A stretch of 64,000 nucleotides of DNA. Source: an uncultured Actinomycetota bacterium. GTDB lineage: Bacteria; Actinomycetota; Actinomycetes; Actinomycetales; Kineosporiaceae. Location of the stretch: the NCBI GenBank assembly GCA_963740575.1, contig CAVUET010000003.1:870887-934886 (forward strand), read 5' to 3'. Under the pieces are notes generated by a model that saw nothing but the letters and a program-made list of their open reading frames with translations, did not search any database and was not told the origin of the DNA. Both the position numbers and the translations under genes were made by a program. Below, piece by piece: positions 29,479-40,012 of the stretch; within the stretch, counting starts at the first letter, position 1; each line of letters starts with the position of its first letter.

Positions 29479-30708
29479 TCAGCCCCGGCGGGCGTCGGCC
29501 CACGACGTGCCCGGATCGGCCAGCGCCCGCTGATCGACCCTGGCACGGTCCTTCACCAGCGCGGCCACGTCGTCCGCGTCATCCCAACCGTTGACGTGCA
29601 TACCCGCCTGGACGGCGCCGTCACCGTCCAGCCAGAACGCGAACCAGACCCCGTCACCGGGACCGTCCCGGAGCACGACCGTGGCCTTCGCGGGGTCGGC
29701 CCAGCCGCGGTACTCCATGGCGAGGTCGTACTGGTCGGTCCAGAAGAACGGAGGTTGCGCCCAGCGCTCCTGCGCCCCGGCCATGATCCGCCCCACCAGC
29801 GCACCCTGGTCGGTCGCGTTGGCGAAGTGCTCCACCCGCAGCCGCCTGCCGACCCACGCGTTCTCGGCGTTGGCGACGTCGCCCGCCGCCCAGATGTTCG
29901 GATCGCCGGTGCGCAGCGTGTCGTCCACGACCACCCCGTCGTCGACCTCCAGCCCGGCCGCCTCCGCCAGCTCGGTGAGCGGGCGGATGCCGACGCCGAT
30001 CAGCACCGCAGTGGCGGGGACGTCCACGTCACCGTCCAGCCGGACGGCCTCCACCCGGCCGTCGCCGAGGATCGCCTGCACCCCTGTTCCCAGCCGCAGG
30101 TCCACGCCGTGGTCCCGGTGCAGGGCGGCGAACCGGGCGCCCACCTGCGGGCCCATCACCTGCAACAGGGGCTGCTCTTGGGGCTCGACCACGGTCACCG
30201 GGCAACCGGCCTGCCGGGCCACCGCGGCGACCTCGAGGCCGATCCAGCCGGCGCCGACCACGACCAGCGGTTCCCCGCGGCCGATCGTCGCCCGCAGCCG
30301 GTCGGAGTTGCCGACCCGGCGCAGGTAGTGCACCTCGTCCAGATCGGTGCCGGGGATGGACAGCCGGCGCGGCGCGCTCCCCGTGACCAGCAGCAGGCGG
30401 TCGTAGCCGATCCGGGTGCCGTCGGCCAGCTCGACCGACCTGGCGGCCCGATCGATCCCGGTGACCCGGGTGCCCAGCATCAGGTCCACGCCGTGCGCGC
30501 CGTACCACTCCGGCTCGTGCACGCTGATCTTGTCCCTGGCCTCGTCACCGGCGAGGTACCCCTTGGACAGCGGGGGCCGCTCGTAGGGGTGATCGCGCTC
30601 GTCGCCGATCAGGATGATCCGCCCGCCGCTGTCCAGATCGCGGATCGCCGCGACGGCCTTGGCGCCGGCCACGCCGGCACCGACCACCAGGTACGTCAGA
30701 TCGCTCAT
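29479..30708 (-). CDS. FAD-dependent pyridine nucleotide-disulfide oxidoreductase (ferredoxin/rubredoxin reductase-like)
   Basis: Two Rossmann motifs, YLVVGAGVAGAKA and LVVVGAGWIGLEVAA. ATG 30708. Confidence 0.8.
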   Translation of the reverse strand: MSDLTYLVVGAGVAGAKAVAAIRDLDSGGRIILIGDERDHPYERPPLSKGYLAGDEARDKISVHEPEWYGAHGVDLMLGTRVTGIDRAARSVELADGTRIGYDRLLLVTGSAPRRLSIPGTDLDEVHYLRRVGNSDRLRATIGRGEPLVVVGAGWIGLEVAAVARQAGCPVTVVEPQEQPLLQVMGPQVGARFAALHRDHGVDLRLGTGVQAILGDGRVEAVRLDGDVDVPATAVLIGVGIRPLTELAEAAGLEVDDGVVVDDTLRTGDPNIWAAGDVANAENAWVGRRLRVEHFANATDQGALVGRIMAGAQERWAQPPFFWTDQYDLAMEYRGWADPAKATVVLRDGPGDGVWFAFWLDGDGAVQAGMHVNGWDDADDVAALVKDRARVDQRALADPGTSWADARRG

Positions 30709-31004
30709 GCGCACACCCTGCCATCCCACGATCCGGGGCGACACTTGATACGAGCCGCCGTGTGGGGCCGCTCGCGTCGATACCCAATCCGGGACGAACG
30801 GCACCCCGGGACACCGGTGGCGACGAGTTTGATCCAGGGCAGGAGACTGTCCAGACTCCACCCGCACCACCGGACACCACCGGACACGACGGGCGCGGGA
30901 AGTTCGCCGGGCCCAGGGATCCCGGGAACGCGGATGCCACGGACCGCGTCAGGATCGTTACGCATGAAGCGGGCGCATCCCGCGCCTGCACTAAGGAGAC
31001 CACG

Positions 31005-32996
31005 GTGTCACCCTCGTCAGTCATTGCCCTGTTCATCGCCGGAGCGGTGCTGCTTCTGCTCCTGCTCTTCTTGCAGTCCTTCCGATTCATCGGCGCCACC
31101 GAGGTGGGCCTGGTCAACAAGCGGATCGGCCGCCGTCTCGGCGCCGACCAGCCGCTGGCCTTCCGCGCCGAGGCGGGTTACCAGGCCCGGCTGCTGATGC
31201 CCGGGGTCCGGTTCAAGCTCTGGCCGGTCTACTCGGTCACCAAGCACCCATGGGTCCAGGTTCCCGCCGGCGAGCTCGGCGTCGTCGTCGCCCAGGTGGG
31301 TGCCCCGATGCCGATCGGCGCCAAGACGGCCGAGTACCGGGCGGCCTTCGAGAACTTCTCAGACCTGGAGAAGTTCCTGGCGGAGGGTGGGCAGAAGGGC
31401 ATCCAGCGCCCGGTGCTCCCGCCCGGCACGCTGCTCCCGTTGCACCCGATCGCCTTCCTCGTGATCACGGCCGGCAGAGTCTTCGGCCTGCCGATGTCGG
31501 CGAACCTCGAGCGCCGCCATGGAGGCCTGACCGTCGAGTCCTTCGGGCTCGCCCCCGACAACCTCAGGGTCACCGTGGTGGCGCCGCAGCAGTGGCAGGA
31601 CATCGTCGGCATCGTCACGACCCTGGAGGGTCCCGCCCCCGAGGCCAGCGACATCGCCAGCCGGATCGGCGGCTACGAGGACATCTCGCGACTGGAAGAG
31701 GCCGAAGCACCCGACTCGGAGAAGATCGAGTCGATCCTGTCGAGCAACAACGGGCTGCACAACAACTACCAGGACTACCAGGCGTTCCTCGACCACGGGG
31801 GCCGGATCGGGATGCAGCACGACCCGCTCCTGTACGGGTCGTACCTGCTGAACCCGTTCCTGGTCCGGGTCGAGTTCGTGCCCATGCTGGTGGTCCGCCA
31901 GGGCGAGGTCGCGGTGGTGAAGGCCTACGTCGGGCTGCCCACCGTCGACACCTCGGGCCTGGAGTTCAAGTTCGGGTCGATCGTCCGGCCGGGGCACCGA
32001 GGGATCTGGAACGAGCCGCTGCGCACCGGCAAGTACGCGATCAACCCCCGGTTGTACGCGGCGGAGATCGTGCCCACCTCGATCCTGACGCTGAACTGGG
32101 CCAACCAGACCTCGCAGGCGCACAACCTGGACGCGGCGCTGAACCCGATAGACGGGAAGTCCCGCGAGGGGTTCGTGTTCGGCATCGACCTGCAGGTGCA
32201 GATCCACGTGCCGGACTCGCGCGCGCCCAAGGTGATCTCGATGGTCGGCACCATGCAGAACCTGGTCAACGAGGTGCTGCAGTCAGCGGTCGGCAACTAC
32301 TTCCGGAACGCCCTGCAGCAGTTGCCCGCGGTGCAGTTCATCGAGACGCGCGACACCGTGCAGATCCACGCCCAGGAGTACATCACGGGGTACCTGAACA
32401 AGTACGAGGTCGAGACCAAGGGCATCTACATCCAGGACGTGGTGTTCCCGCCGGAACTGGTCGCCGTGCTGACCGAGCGCGAGATCGCCAACCAGGAACG
32501 GGCCACCTTCGAGCAGCAGCAGCGTGCCCAGCACGTCCGGGTCGACCTCGAGAAGGCCCGCGGCACGGCCGACATGCAGGCCGACCTGGCCAAGGCGAAC
32601 GTCAACATCGACATCCAGAAGGCCGCCGCCGCGGCCCGTACCGCCGAGGCCGAGGGTGAGGCGGCGTTCACCCGGATGACCGGTCAGGCCGAGGCGGACA
32701 AGCGCCAGGCGATCGGCCTGGCGGAGGCCCGCGCCACCGAGGCGATCGGCGTCGCCAAGGCGGCCGGGTACCGCGCGCAGGTCGAGGCGCTCGGCAGGCA
32801 GGCGACGGCAGCGGTGGCGGTCGCCGGGGCCGTGGCCGACGGGCACGTCAAGATCGTGCCCGAGGTGCTGGTCTCCGGAGGCGACGGCAACGGGGCGCTC
32901 ACCGGCCTGGCCGCGACGCTGACCAGCAGCCTGCGCGACTGGGCTCCTGGCGACTCGGCCAAGCTCCCCGTGGAGCAGCCGAAGGCGATCGACTGA
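31005..32996 (+). CDS. Flotillin-like SPFH/Band-7 family protein with an N-terminal TM helix
   Basis: GTG 31005 is preceded by AAGGAG. TM helix VIALFIAGAVLLLLLLFL. SPFH core and long Ala/Glu-rich coiled-coil. Confidence 0.8.
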   Translation: MSPSSVIALFIAGAVLLLLLLFLQSFRFIGATEVGLVNKRIGRRLGADQPLAFRAEAGYQARLLMPGVRFKLWPVYSVTKHPWVQVPAGELGVVVAQVGAPMPIGAKTAEYRAAFENFSDLEKFLAEGGQKGIQRPVLPPGTLLPLHPIAFLVITAGRVFGLPMSANLERRHGGLTVESFGLAPDNLRVTVVAPQQWQDIVGIVTTLEGPAPEASDIASRIGGYEDISRLEEAEAPDSEKIESILSSNNGLHNNYQDYQAFLDHGGRIGMQHDPLLYGSYLLNPFLVRVEFVPMLVVRQGEVAVVKAYVGLPTVDTSGLEFKFGSIVRPGHRGIWNEPLRTGKYAINPRLYAAEIVPTSILTLNWANQTSQAHNLDAALNPIDGKSREGFVFGIDLQVQIHVPDSRAPKVISMVGTMQNLVNEVLQSAVGNYFRNALQQLPAVQFIETRDTVQIHAQEYITGYLNKYEVETKGIYIQDVVFPPELVAVLTEREIANQERATFEQQQRAQHVRVDLEKARGTADMQADLAKANVNIDIQKAAAAARTAEAEGEAAFTRMTGQAEADKRQAIGLAEARATEAIGVAKAAGYRAQVEALGRQATAAVAVAGAVADGHVKIVPEVLVSGGDGNGALTGLAATLTSSLRDWAPGDSAKLPVEQPKAID

Positions 32997-33142
32997 GCTC
33001 GGCTGACCTCGGCTGACCTCGGCTGAGGATGGCTACACCTCGAATGCCGGTTCTGTGTCCGATTCGTACGGGCCGGAGCCGGCGTTCGGGGTGCAATGCG
33101 GCGTTCGGGGTGTAACTGGGCATGGCCCGCGCCACTCGGGAC

Positions 33143-33964
33143 TCAGGCGTCGGCCCCGCCGGACCCGGTCAGCAGCGGCCAGGCGACCTCGGTCCGCAGC
33201 TCGTCCGGTCCGGCGCGATCCGGGCCGATCAGGTACACCTCCCGGGGCTGCGGGCCGAGCTCGATGTCCTGATCGGCCGCCCATGCGGCGATCGCCCGGT
33301 AGGCCCCGCCGATCCGGTCGTACCGGCCCGGATGCAGCGCCGCCGCCACCTCCACCTCGGGCAGCACCCGCAGCCCGGCACCGCCCGGCCCTGCGACGGG
33401 GATCGCGACCTCCATGTCCACCGCCTCGGGATCGAAGTCGGCGCCGTGGTAGATCGACATCGGCGGCCCGGCCGGCGGGCGCTGCAGCGACCCGAGCCGC
33501 CCGAACAGCCGCCCGAGCACCGCACCGAAATCCGCCGGCAGCCGCCGCAGCGACGTGGTGATCCGCTCCGAGAGCACCGGCGTCGCGGGGACCGTCCGGC
33601 GGTGCACGGGGTAGCCGGTCAGCGATGCGGGGTCGGCGAGCAGGGCGTCGACATCAGCGAGCAGGCCCTGCTGGCGCGAGACCTGATCGGCCAGGCGTCC
33701 GCGGTGATGGGCGAGCAGCCGCGCCGCCGCCTCGGGCTCGCGGTCGGCGAGCAGCATGCGCACCTCCGACAGCGGCACGTCGAGCTGGCGCAGCAGCCGG
33801 ATCAGTTCGGCGTCCACGCCCTGGGCCGGGCTGTAGTACCTGCGGCCACTGGCCGCGTCGACCAGCGTCGGGACCAGCAGCCCCTGCTCGTCGTAGCGGC
33901 GAAGGGTCCGCACGGACAGCCGGGTCGCGTGGGAGAACCGTCCGATGGCGAGCAACCCCTTCAC
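33143..33964 (-). CDS. MerR-family transcriptional regulator with a C-terminal GyrI-like effector-binding domain
   Basis: Reads GLLAIGRFSHATRLSVRTLRRYDEQGLL (MerR HTH). It is divergent from a GyrI-like gene. Confidence 0.75.
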   Translation of the reverse strand: MKGLLAIGRFSHATRLSVRTLRRYDEQGLLVPTLVDAASGRRYYSPAQGVDAELIRLLRQLDVPLSEVRMLLADREPEAAARLLAHHRGRLADQVSRQQGLLADVDALLADPASLTGYPVHRRTVPATPVLSERITTSLRRLPADFGAVLGRLFGRLGSLQRPPAGPPMSIYHGADFDPEAVDMEVAIPVAGPGGAGLRVLPEVEVAAALHPGRYDRIGGAYRAIAAWAADQDIELGPQPREVYLIGPDRAGPDELRTEVAWPLLTGSGGADA

Positions 33965-34055
33965 GCCCGGGTAACTTACCCGCCCGCAGGCTCTTGATCC
34001 TCTCCCCGGGGGAGGTAGCAGGCTGATCACAGAGGAGGAGACCACAGGAGGAGAC

Positions 34056-34664
34056 ATGACCAAGACCGACACCCGGCGCGAGCTGGCAGAGCTGTACACC
34101 GCCAGGAAGAACCCGACGCTGCTCGAGGTGCCGCCGTTGCGCTACCTGATGATCGACGGTCGGGGGGATCCGAACACGGCCGCGGCGTACGCCCAGGCCT
34201 TGCAGGCGCTGTACTCCGTCAGCTACGGCGCCAAGTTCACCCTGCGCAAGCAGACCGGCGACGACGTCACCGTGATGCCCCTGGAGGGGCTCTGGTGGGC
34301 CGACGACGTGAACGCGTTCAGCACCGGTGACCGGGACGCCTGGCAGTGGACGATGATGATCCTCCAGCCCGAGATCGTGACCGCGGAGCTGATCGAGCAG
34401 GCCCGGGCCGCGGCGCGGGACAAGATCCCCGCTCAGGTGCTGGCGCAGCTGCGGCTGGACACGCTCGCCGAGGGCCGCTGCGCGCAGATCCTGCACATCG
34501 GCCCGTACTCGGCCGAGGGACCGACGATCCAGCGCCTGCACGACTACGTCGCCGAGTGCGGGCTGAATCTGATCGGGCGCCACCACGAGATCTACCTCAG
34601 CGATCCGCGGCGGACCGCTGCGGAGCGGCTGCGCACGATCGTCCGTCACTCGGTCTCCGGCTAG
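34056..34664 (+). CDS. GyrI-like small-molecule-binding domain protein
   Basis: Strong Shine-Dalgarno GGAGGAG upstream. About 200 aa. Divergently paired with a MerR regulator. Confidence 0.55.
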   Translation: MTKTDTRRELAELYTARKNPTLLEVPPLRYLMIDGRGDPNTAAAYAQALQALYSVSYGAKFTLRKQTGDDVTVMPLEGLWWADDVNAFSTGDRDAWQWTMMILQPEIVTAELIEQARAAARDKIPAQVLAQLRLDTLAEGRCAQILHIGPYSAEGPTIQRLHDYVAECGLNLIGRHHEIYLSDPRRTAAERLRTIVRHSVSG

Positions 34665-35956
34665 CGACCCCGGTAAGGGGCGACCAGGCCGCCGGAACCG
34701 GGCACGAGCCGGCGGTACCAGCTCACGGCGCTGCCGTCGGTGAGCGAGGCGACCTGGTCGATCACGGCCCGGCGGCGACCGCTGTCATCGGCGGCCTCCT
34801 TCCAGGCGGTCGCGAAGGACGGCTCGAGCCCGTCAGGTGCCCGCAGCGTCAGCATCATCACCAACTCGGCCAGCAGGTCCCGCTGGCGGGCGTACAGCGG
34901 CTGACGGTCCGCGCTGGTCATCACGTACACCGCGGCCAGCCCCTTGAGCGCGCCGATCTCCACCAGGGTCGGGCGGGGCACCTCGAGATCGGCCGCGTAC
35001 CGGGTCAGCCGGCCTGTGCCGTGCCGTGCCCTGGTGGCCCGCTCGACGGCCAGCGTGAAGCGCCCGATCAGCTGGCTGGTCATGTCCTTGAGCGCGGCCA
35101 GCGCCCGATGCCCGCCGTCGAAGTCCGCCACCCAGACCGGCAGCGCGCGCAGCCGGTTGATCGCCTCTGCCACCTCGTCGTCCGCGATGTCCGGCAGGTA
35201 CCAGGACCGAACCTGCGCGGTGACACGCTCGACCGCCGCGGCACGGGCCAGCCCGGACGGGGCGAGGTGACCACCGACCACGGCGTCCTCGACATCGTGG
35301 ACGCTGTAGGCCACGTCGTCGGCGAGGTCCATCACCTGCGCCTCGATGCACCGCCGCCCGTCGGGAGCCCCCGACCGGAGCCAGTCGAATGCGGCCCCGT
35401 CGTCGGCGTAGGCGCCGAACTTGCCGGTGCCGAAATCCCCGCCGCCTTCCGGCCGGGGGCGCCCGCCACGCCGCCAGGGGTACTTCGTGGTCGCGTCCAG
35501 GCTGGCCCGGGTCAGGTTCAGCCCGACCGGGCGGCCGGTCACGGGCTCGATCACCTTCGGCTCCAGCCGGGTCAGCAGGCGCAGGGTCTGCGCGTTGCCC
35601 TCGAAGCCCCCGATGTCCGCGGCCACCTCGTCCAGGGCGACCTCGCCGTTGTGCCCGAACGGCGGGTGGCCGAGGTCGTGGGCCAGGCAGGCGGTCTCGA
35701 CCACGTCCGGATCGCAGCCGAGAGCGGTGCCGAGCTCGCGCCCGACCTGCGCCACCTCCAGGCTGTGGGTCAGCCGGTTGCGGACGAAGTCGTCGGTCCC
35801 GGGACCGACCACCTGCGTCTTGGCGGCGAGCCTGCGCAGGGCCGAGGAGTGCACCACGCGGGCGCGGTCGCGGGCGAACTCACCACGGCGCGGATCCTTC
35901 GGCGGCTCGGGAACCCAGCGAGCACGGTCGCTCTCGACGTACGGGTCGCGGGTCAT
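34661..35956 (-). CDS. dgt: dGTP triphosphohydrolase-like HD-domain protein
   Basis: Reads SALRRLAAKTQV...RLTHSLEVAQVGRELG...CLAHDLGHPPFGHNGE. Confidence 0.8.
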   Translation of the reverse strand: MTRDPYVESDRARWVPEPPKDPRRGEFARDRARVVHSSALRRLAAKTQVVGPGTDDFVRNRLTHSLEVAQVGRELGTALGCDPDVVETACLAHDLGHPPFGHNGEVALDEVAADIGGFEGNAQTLRLLTRLEPKVIEPVTGRPVGLNLTRASLDATTKYPWRRGGRPRPEGGGDFGTGKFGAYADDGAAFDWLRSGAPDGRRCIEAQVMDLADDVAYSVHDVEDAVVGGHLAPSGLARAAAVERVTAQVRSWYLPDIADDEVAEAINRLRALPVWVADFDGGHRALAALKDMTSQLIGRFTLAVERATRARHGTGRLTRYAADLEVPRPTLVEIGALKGLAAVYVMTSADRQPLYARQRDLLAELVMMLTLRAPDGLEPSFATAWKEAADDSGRRRAVIDQVASLTDGSAVSWYRRLVPGSGGLVAPYRGR

Positions 35957-35966
35957 GCTCACCCCC

Positions 35967-37178
35967 TCACCCACCCGAGACGGACAGCTCGGCGGACAAG
36001 ATATCGGCGGCCTCGGACGAGTCCAGTTCGCGGTCGGCGAGCCAGCCGTCCGGCAGCGACACGGTACGCGCGCTGCCGGTGCGACCGCGCGGCCCCTCGG
36101 CGTCGTCGCCGGGATACGGCTGGCCCGCGTCCAGCCCGGCGATGACCTCGTCCAGCTCGGCCAGCGAGCGCAGGTGCGCCAGCTGCAGCCGGACCTCGTG
36201 CCCGACCGAGTAGCCCTTGAGGTACCAGGCGATGTGCTTGCGGATGTCGCGGCAGGCCCGGTCCTCCGCCAGGGGCACGTCGTTCGGGTGCGAGCGGTCG
36301 CGGCGACGGGCCGGCAGATCCTGGCCGCGGGACGCCGCGTAGTGGTCCACGAGCAGCTCTGTGTGCCGGCGCAGCGTGGCCAGAACCTCGCCGAGGTCGG
36401 GCCGGGCCCGATCCGGACGGCCGGCGAAGGCCGCGGCCAGATCGGCGAAGAGCCATGGCCGCCCGAGGCACCCGCGGCCCACCACGACCCCGTCGCAGCC
36501 GGTCCGGGCCACCATCCGGACGGCGTCGTCACCCGACCAGATGTCGCCGTTTCCCAGCACCGGGATCTCGGGCACCGCCTGCTTGAGCCGGGCGATCGCC
36601 GACCAGTCGGCCGCGCCTGAGTAGTAGTCAGCCGCGGTCCGGGCGTGCAGCGCCACCGCCGCGGCACCCTCCGCCGCCGCGATCCGGCCCGCTTCAAGGT
36701 ACGTCAGATGCTCGGCGTCGATGCCCATCCGCATCTTCACGGTGACCGGGACCCCCCGGGCCGCGGCCGCCTGGACTGCCTGGCGGACGATCCCGGCGAA
36801 GAGCGCGGACTTCCAGGGCAGGGCTGAGCCCCCGCCCTTGCGGGTCACCTTCGGCACCGGGCAGCCGAAGTTCAGGTCGATGTGGTCGGCCCGGTCCTCC
36901 TGGACCAGCATCCGCACCGCCGCACCGACGGTCCCGGGCTCGACCCCGTAGAGCTGGACGCTGCGCGGGTGCTCGTCCGGATCGTTCGCGATCAGCCGCA
37001 GGGACTCGGCGTTGCGCTCGATCAGGGCCCGGGAGGTGACCATCTCGCTGACGAAGATGCCGCCGCCGGGGCCCGCCTGCTCGCGGCACAGGCGGCGGAA
37101 CGCCTGGTTCGTGATGCCGGCCATCGGCGCCAGCACGACCGGCGTGGCCAGCCCGTACGGCCCGATCTTCAGCGTCAC
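35967..37178 (-). CDS. dusB: tRNA-dihydrouridine synthase
   Basis: Reads VLAPMAGITNQAFRRL...IDLNFGCPVPKV...VTVKMRMG. Confidence 0.85.
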   Translation of the reverse strand: MTLKIGPYGLATPVVLAPMAGITNQAFRRLCREQAGPGGGIFVSEMVTSRALIERNAESLRLIANDPDEHPRSVQLYGVEPGTVGAAVRMLVQEDRADHIDLNFGCPVPKVTRKGGGSALPWKSALFAGIVRQAVQAAAARGVPVTVKMRMGIDAEHLTYLEAGRIAAAEGAAAVALHARTAADYYSGAADWSAIARLKQAVPEIPVLGNGDIWSGDDAVRMVARTGCDGVVVGRGCLGRPWLFADLAAAFAGRPDRARPDLGEVLATLRRHTELLVDHYAASRGQDLPARRRDRSHPNDVPLAEDRACRDIRKHIAWYLKGYSVGHEVRLQLAHLRSLAELDEVIAGLDAGQPYPGDDAEGPRGRTGSARTVSLPDGWLADRELDSSEAADILSAELSVSGG

Positions 37179-37227
37179 GTCGACAGTCTCTCAGCCGGCC
37201 AGGGCCGGCACGGTGGCGCCTCGGCCG

Positions 37228-37881
37228 TCAGCCGAGCAGCCAGCCGGCCTCGTCGGCCAGGCGCACCGCCTCGGCCCGGGTCCGGGCGCCGGTCTTGCCG
37301 ATCGCGGCGGACAGGTAGTTGCGCACGGTCCCCTCGGACAGGTGCAGCCCTCGCGCCAGGTCGGCCACGGTGCCGCCCTCCCGAGCGGCGCGCAGCACCT
37401 GCGTCTCCCGGTCGGTCAGCGGGCTGGTGCCCGCGGCCAGGCTCTCGGCGGCCAGCACGGGGTCGACCACCCGCAGCCCGGCGTGCACCCGGCGGACCGC
37501 GTCGGCCAGCTGCCGGGCCGGGGTGTCCTTGACGACGAACCCGCTGGCGCCGGCCTCCATCGCCCGGCGCAGGTAGCCCGGCCGGCCGAAGGTCGTGACC
37601 ACCAGCACCCGGCAGTGCGGGACCGCCGCGCGCAGTGCGGCGGTGGCGGCAAGCCCGTCCATGCCCGGCATCTCGATGTCGAGCAGGGCGACATCCGGCG
37701 CGCCGGCCCGGGCCGCCGGGACCACCTCGTCACCCCTGCCGACCTCGGCCACCACCACCAGGTCAGGCTCCAGGGACAGCAGCGAGGCCATCGCGCCGCG
37801 GACCAGCGCCTGGTCGTCGGCCAGCAGCAGCCGGATCGCCCGGGTCCCGGTTCCGGTACCGTCCGCGCCGGCGCCGCGCAT
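37228..37881 (-). CDS. LuxR/NarL-family response regulator
   Basis: Receiver domain IRLLLADDQALVRGAMASLL...ALLDIEMPGMDGL. C-terminal HTH TDRETQVLRAAREGGTVADLARGLHLSEGTVRNY. Confidence 0.85.
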   Translation of the reverse strand: MRGAGADGTGTGTRAIRLLLADDQALVRGAMASLLSLEPDLVVVAEVGRGDEVVPAARAGAPDVALLDIEMPGMDGLAATAALRAAVPHCRVLVVTTFGRPGYLRRAMEAGASGFVVKDTPARQLADAVRRVHAGLRVVDPVLAAESLAAGTSPLTDRETQVLRAAREGGTVADLARGLHLSEGTVRNYLSAAIGKTGARTRAEAVRLADEAGWLLG

Positions 37882-37907
37882 GTCCGGGTCGCCCGGCAGC
37901 ACGCCGT

Positions 37908-38999
37908 TCACCAGCCCACCCGCAGCACGAATCCGCCCTCGGGGGCGTGCGCCACGGTCAGCACGGCCCCGGCCTGGGTGGCCCGCTCGCGCAGCCCGGC
38001 CAGTCCGTGCCCGGACGGATCCGGGGAGCCCGGCCCCGGACCGCGCCCGTCGTCGACGATCTCCACCGCGTCCGGGCTGAGCCGGACCGCGCACCGTCGC
38101 GCACCGCTGTGCCGGACCACGTTGGTCACGCCCTCGCGGACCGCCCAGCCGAACAACTGCCGCCGCTCCCCCGGGACGTCGTCGACGGCGCCGGGCAGCA
38201 CCGCCTCGATGCCGGCGGCGTCCAGCGCGGCCCGGGCCCAGGCCAGCTCCACGGCGAGGTTGGCCTCGCGGTAACCGGCGACCGCCGCGCGGACGTCGGC
38301 GAGGGCATCCCGCGCGAGCCGCTCGACCTCGGCGATCTCGGCCTCGGCCCGGTCCGGGGCGACCCGCACCAGCCGGCCGGCCAGCTCCGTCTTCATGGTC
38401 ATCACGGTCAGGCGATGACCGAGGATATCGTGCAGGTCCCGGGCGAACCGGGCCCGCTCCTGGGCGACAGCCAGCCGGCCAGCTGGCGTTGCGCGGCAGC
38501 GAGCTCGGCGTTGCGCATCAGCATCTGGCCGATCCCCCACATCGCCAGCGCGGCGACGAACACGGACAGGCGAAGCTGGTCCACCGGCTTCCAGCCGGGC
38601 ACCAACCGGGAGGACACCTCGATCCCGATGATCAGCACCGCGACCAGAGCGATCGCCACCCGCAACGGCAGTATGAACATGATCAGCACGGCCAGGAAGA
38701 CGGTCATCGCCAGCGCGCTCTGCCCAGCGGCCGGGATCGCCAGCGCGAACAGCGCAGTGCCGACCAGGAAGATCCTCAGCCGCATCGCCGTGTCCATCCG
38801 GCGCTGCTCGTGCCGGTACCGGCGGACCACGGCCCAGGCCCAGATGTAGTTGATCGAGAAGCCGATCGTGGCCGTGACGCCAACGACGCGCAGCACCGGG
38901 TCGTGGGCGCGCCAGGACTGGGTCAGGGTGTCCTGCAGGTAGATCAGCCAGATCGCGGACAGGATCCAGCCGTAGCGCCAGCGTCCCGGCATGACCCCG
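37908..38999 (-). pseudogene. DesK/NarX-like sensor histidine kinase (HisKA_3 plus HATPase) with a frameshift near 38485
   Basis: The membrane domain is in ORF 38408..39196. Kinase core ERARFARDLHDILGHRLT...GLAGLRERA is in ORF 37908..38540. The frames meet at cagctggccggctggctgtcgcc. Confidence 0.6.
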
Positions 39000-39204
39000 A
39001 TCGGCTGCGGGCCCGCTTCCAGGTCGGACGGCTGCTCGGGCCCGGGGCTGCCGCTCCGGGCGGCGCCGGGCCCGGGCGGCGCGTCGGCCCGTCGGCCCCC
39101 GAACGACCGGAGCCGGTCCAGCCGCGTCTGCTGCGACTGGACCGGCTCCGCCCTGGCCTGCACGGCCGGGGTCCGATCGGTGCTCACGCCGGTCACGCTA
39201 CGGC

Positions 39205-39976
39205 TCAGACCCGAGCCGTGTCGCGGCGGAACAGTGCCGCCGCGGCGGTGCCGAAGACCACCGTCCAGGCCACTAGGTTCACCATGGCGGAGACGCCGAA
39301 CCCGCTGTGCACCAGTGGATCACGGGCGATCTCGCCGACGCCGTACACCGGGGTGAACCTGGCGACCTGCTGCATCGTCGTGCGCATCACCGACAGCGGC
39401 ACGAACAGCCCGCCGAGACATGGCCAGCATGGCCAGCACCGGGCCGAGGAACTGCATCACGTTCTCGGCCGGCAGCGAGGTAGCCGATGAAGAGCCCGAA
39501 GGCGGCGAAGACCAGCGAGCCGAGCCAGGCCGCGAGACCGGACAGCAGCCAGACGTGCAGCGGCATGTGGACCCCGGACAGGGCGCCGACGGCGAACTCG
39601 ACCACGCACCGCGACCAGGCCGAGCACCATCGCGGTCAGCACCTTGGTCGCCACGTAGGCGGCCGGTCGCAGCGGGGTCAGCCGCAGCTGGCGGCTCCAG
39701 CCCAGGGCCCGCTCGACGGAGACCATCGCCCCGCCGGCCGGTGGTGGCGACCATCGCCCCGTACACGGCCAGGCTGATCATGATGTACGACGCGGCGTCT
39801 GGCGCCCGCTGTCGAGTTGTTCTGGTTCCCCTTGGCCGAAGAGCAGGAAGAAGCACGGCCGGCATGATCAGGGTGAAGACCAGGGTGCGCCGGTTGCGCA
39901 GCACGCGGCGCATCTCCAGGTCGAGGAAGACCAGGGTGAAGCCGCCCAGTGCAGGCGCCGCTGCGCTCCGCGGCAT
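39205..39976 (-). pseudogene. ABC-2 type transporter permease fragmented across at least four reading frames
   Basis: Permease segments appear in ORFs 39320..39976, 39457..39726, 39387..39605 and 39205..39402. Confidence 0.5.
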
Positions 39977-40012
39977 GCCGCATGCTGGCTGTGCGGGTGA
40001 CAGCGGTGGTGC

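Noticed and set aside
32996-33027. ctcggctgacc x3 micro-repeat just after the flotillin-like gene stop
   Set aside because: Too short and simple to interpret. Likely a trivial slippage product in the intergenic spacer.
33055-33561. Arg/Pro-rich ORFs at 33055..33561 (plus) and 33625..34026 (plus) opposite the MerR/GyrI gene
   Set aside because: Antisense shadow of a conserved MerR-family gene with low-complexity translation.
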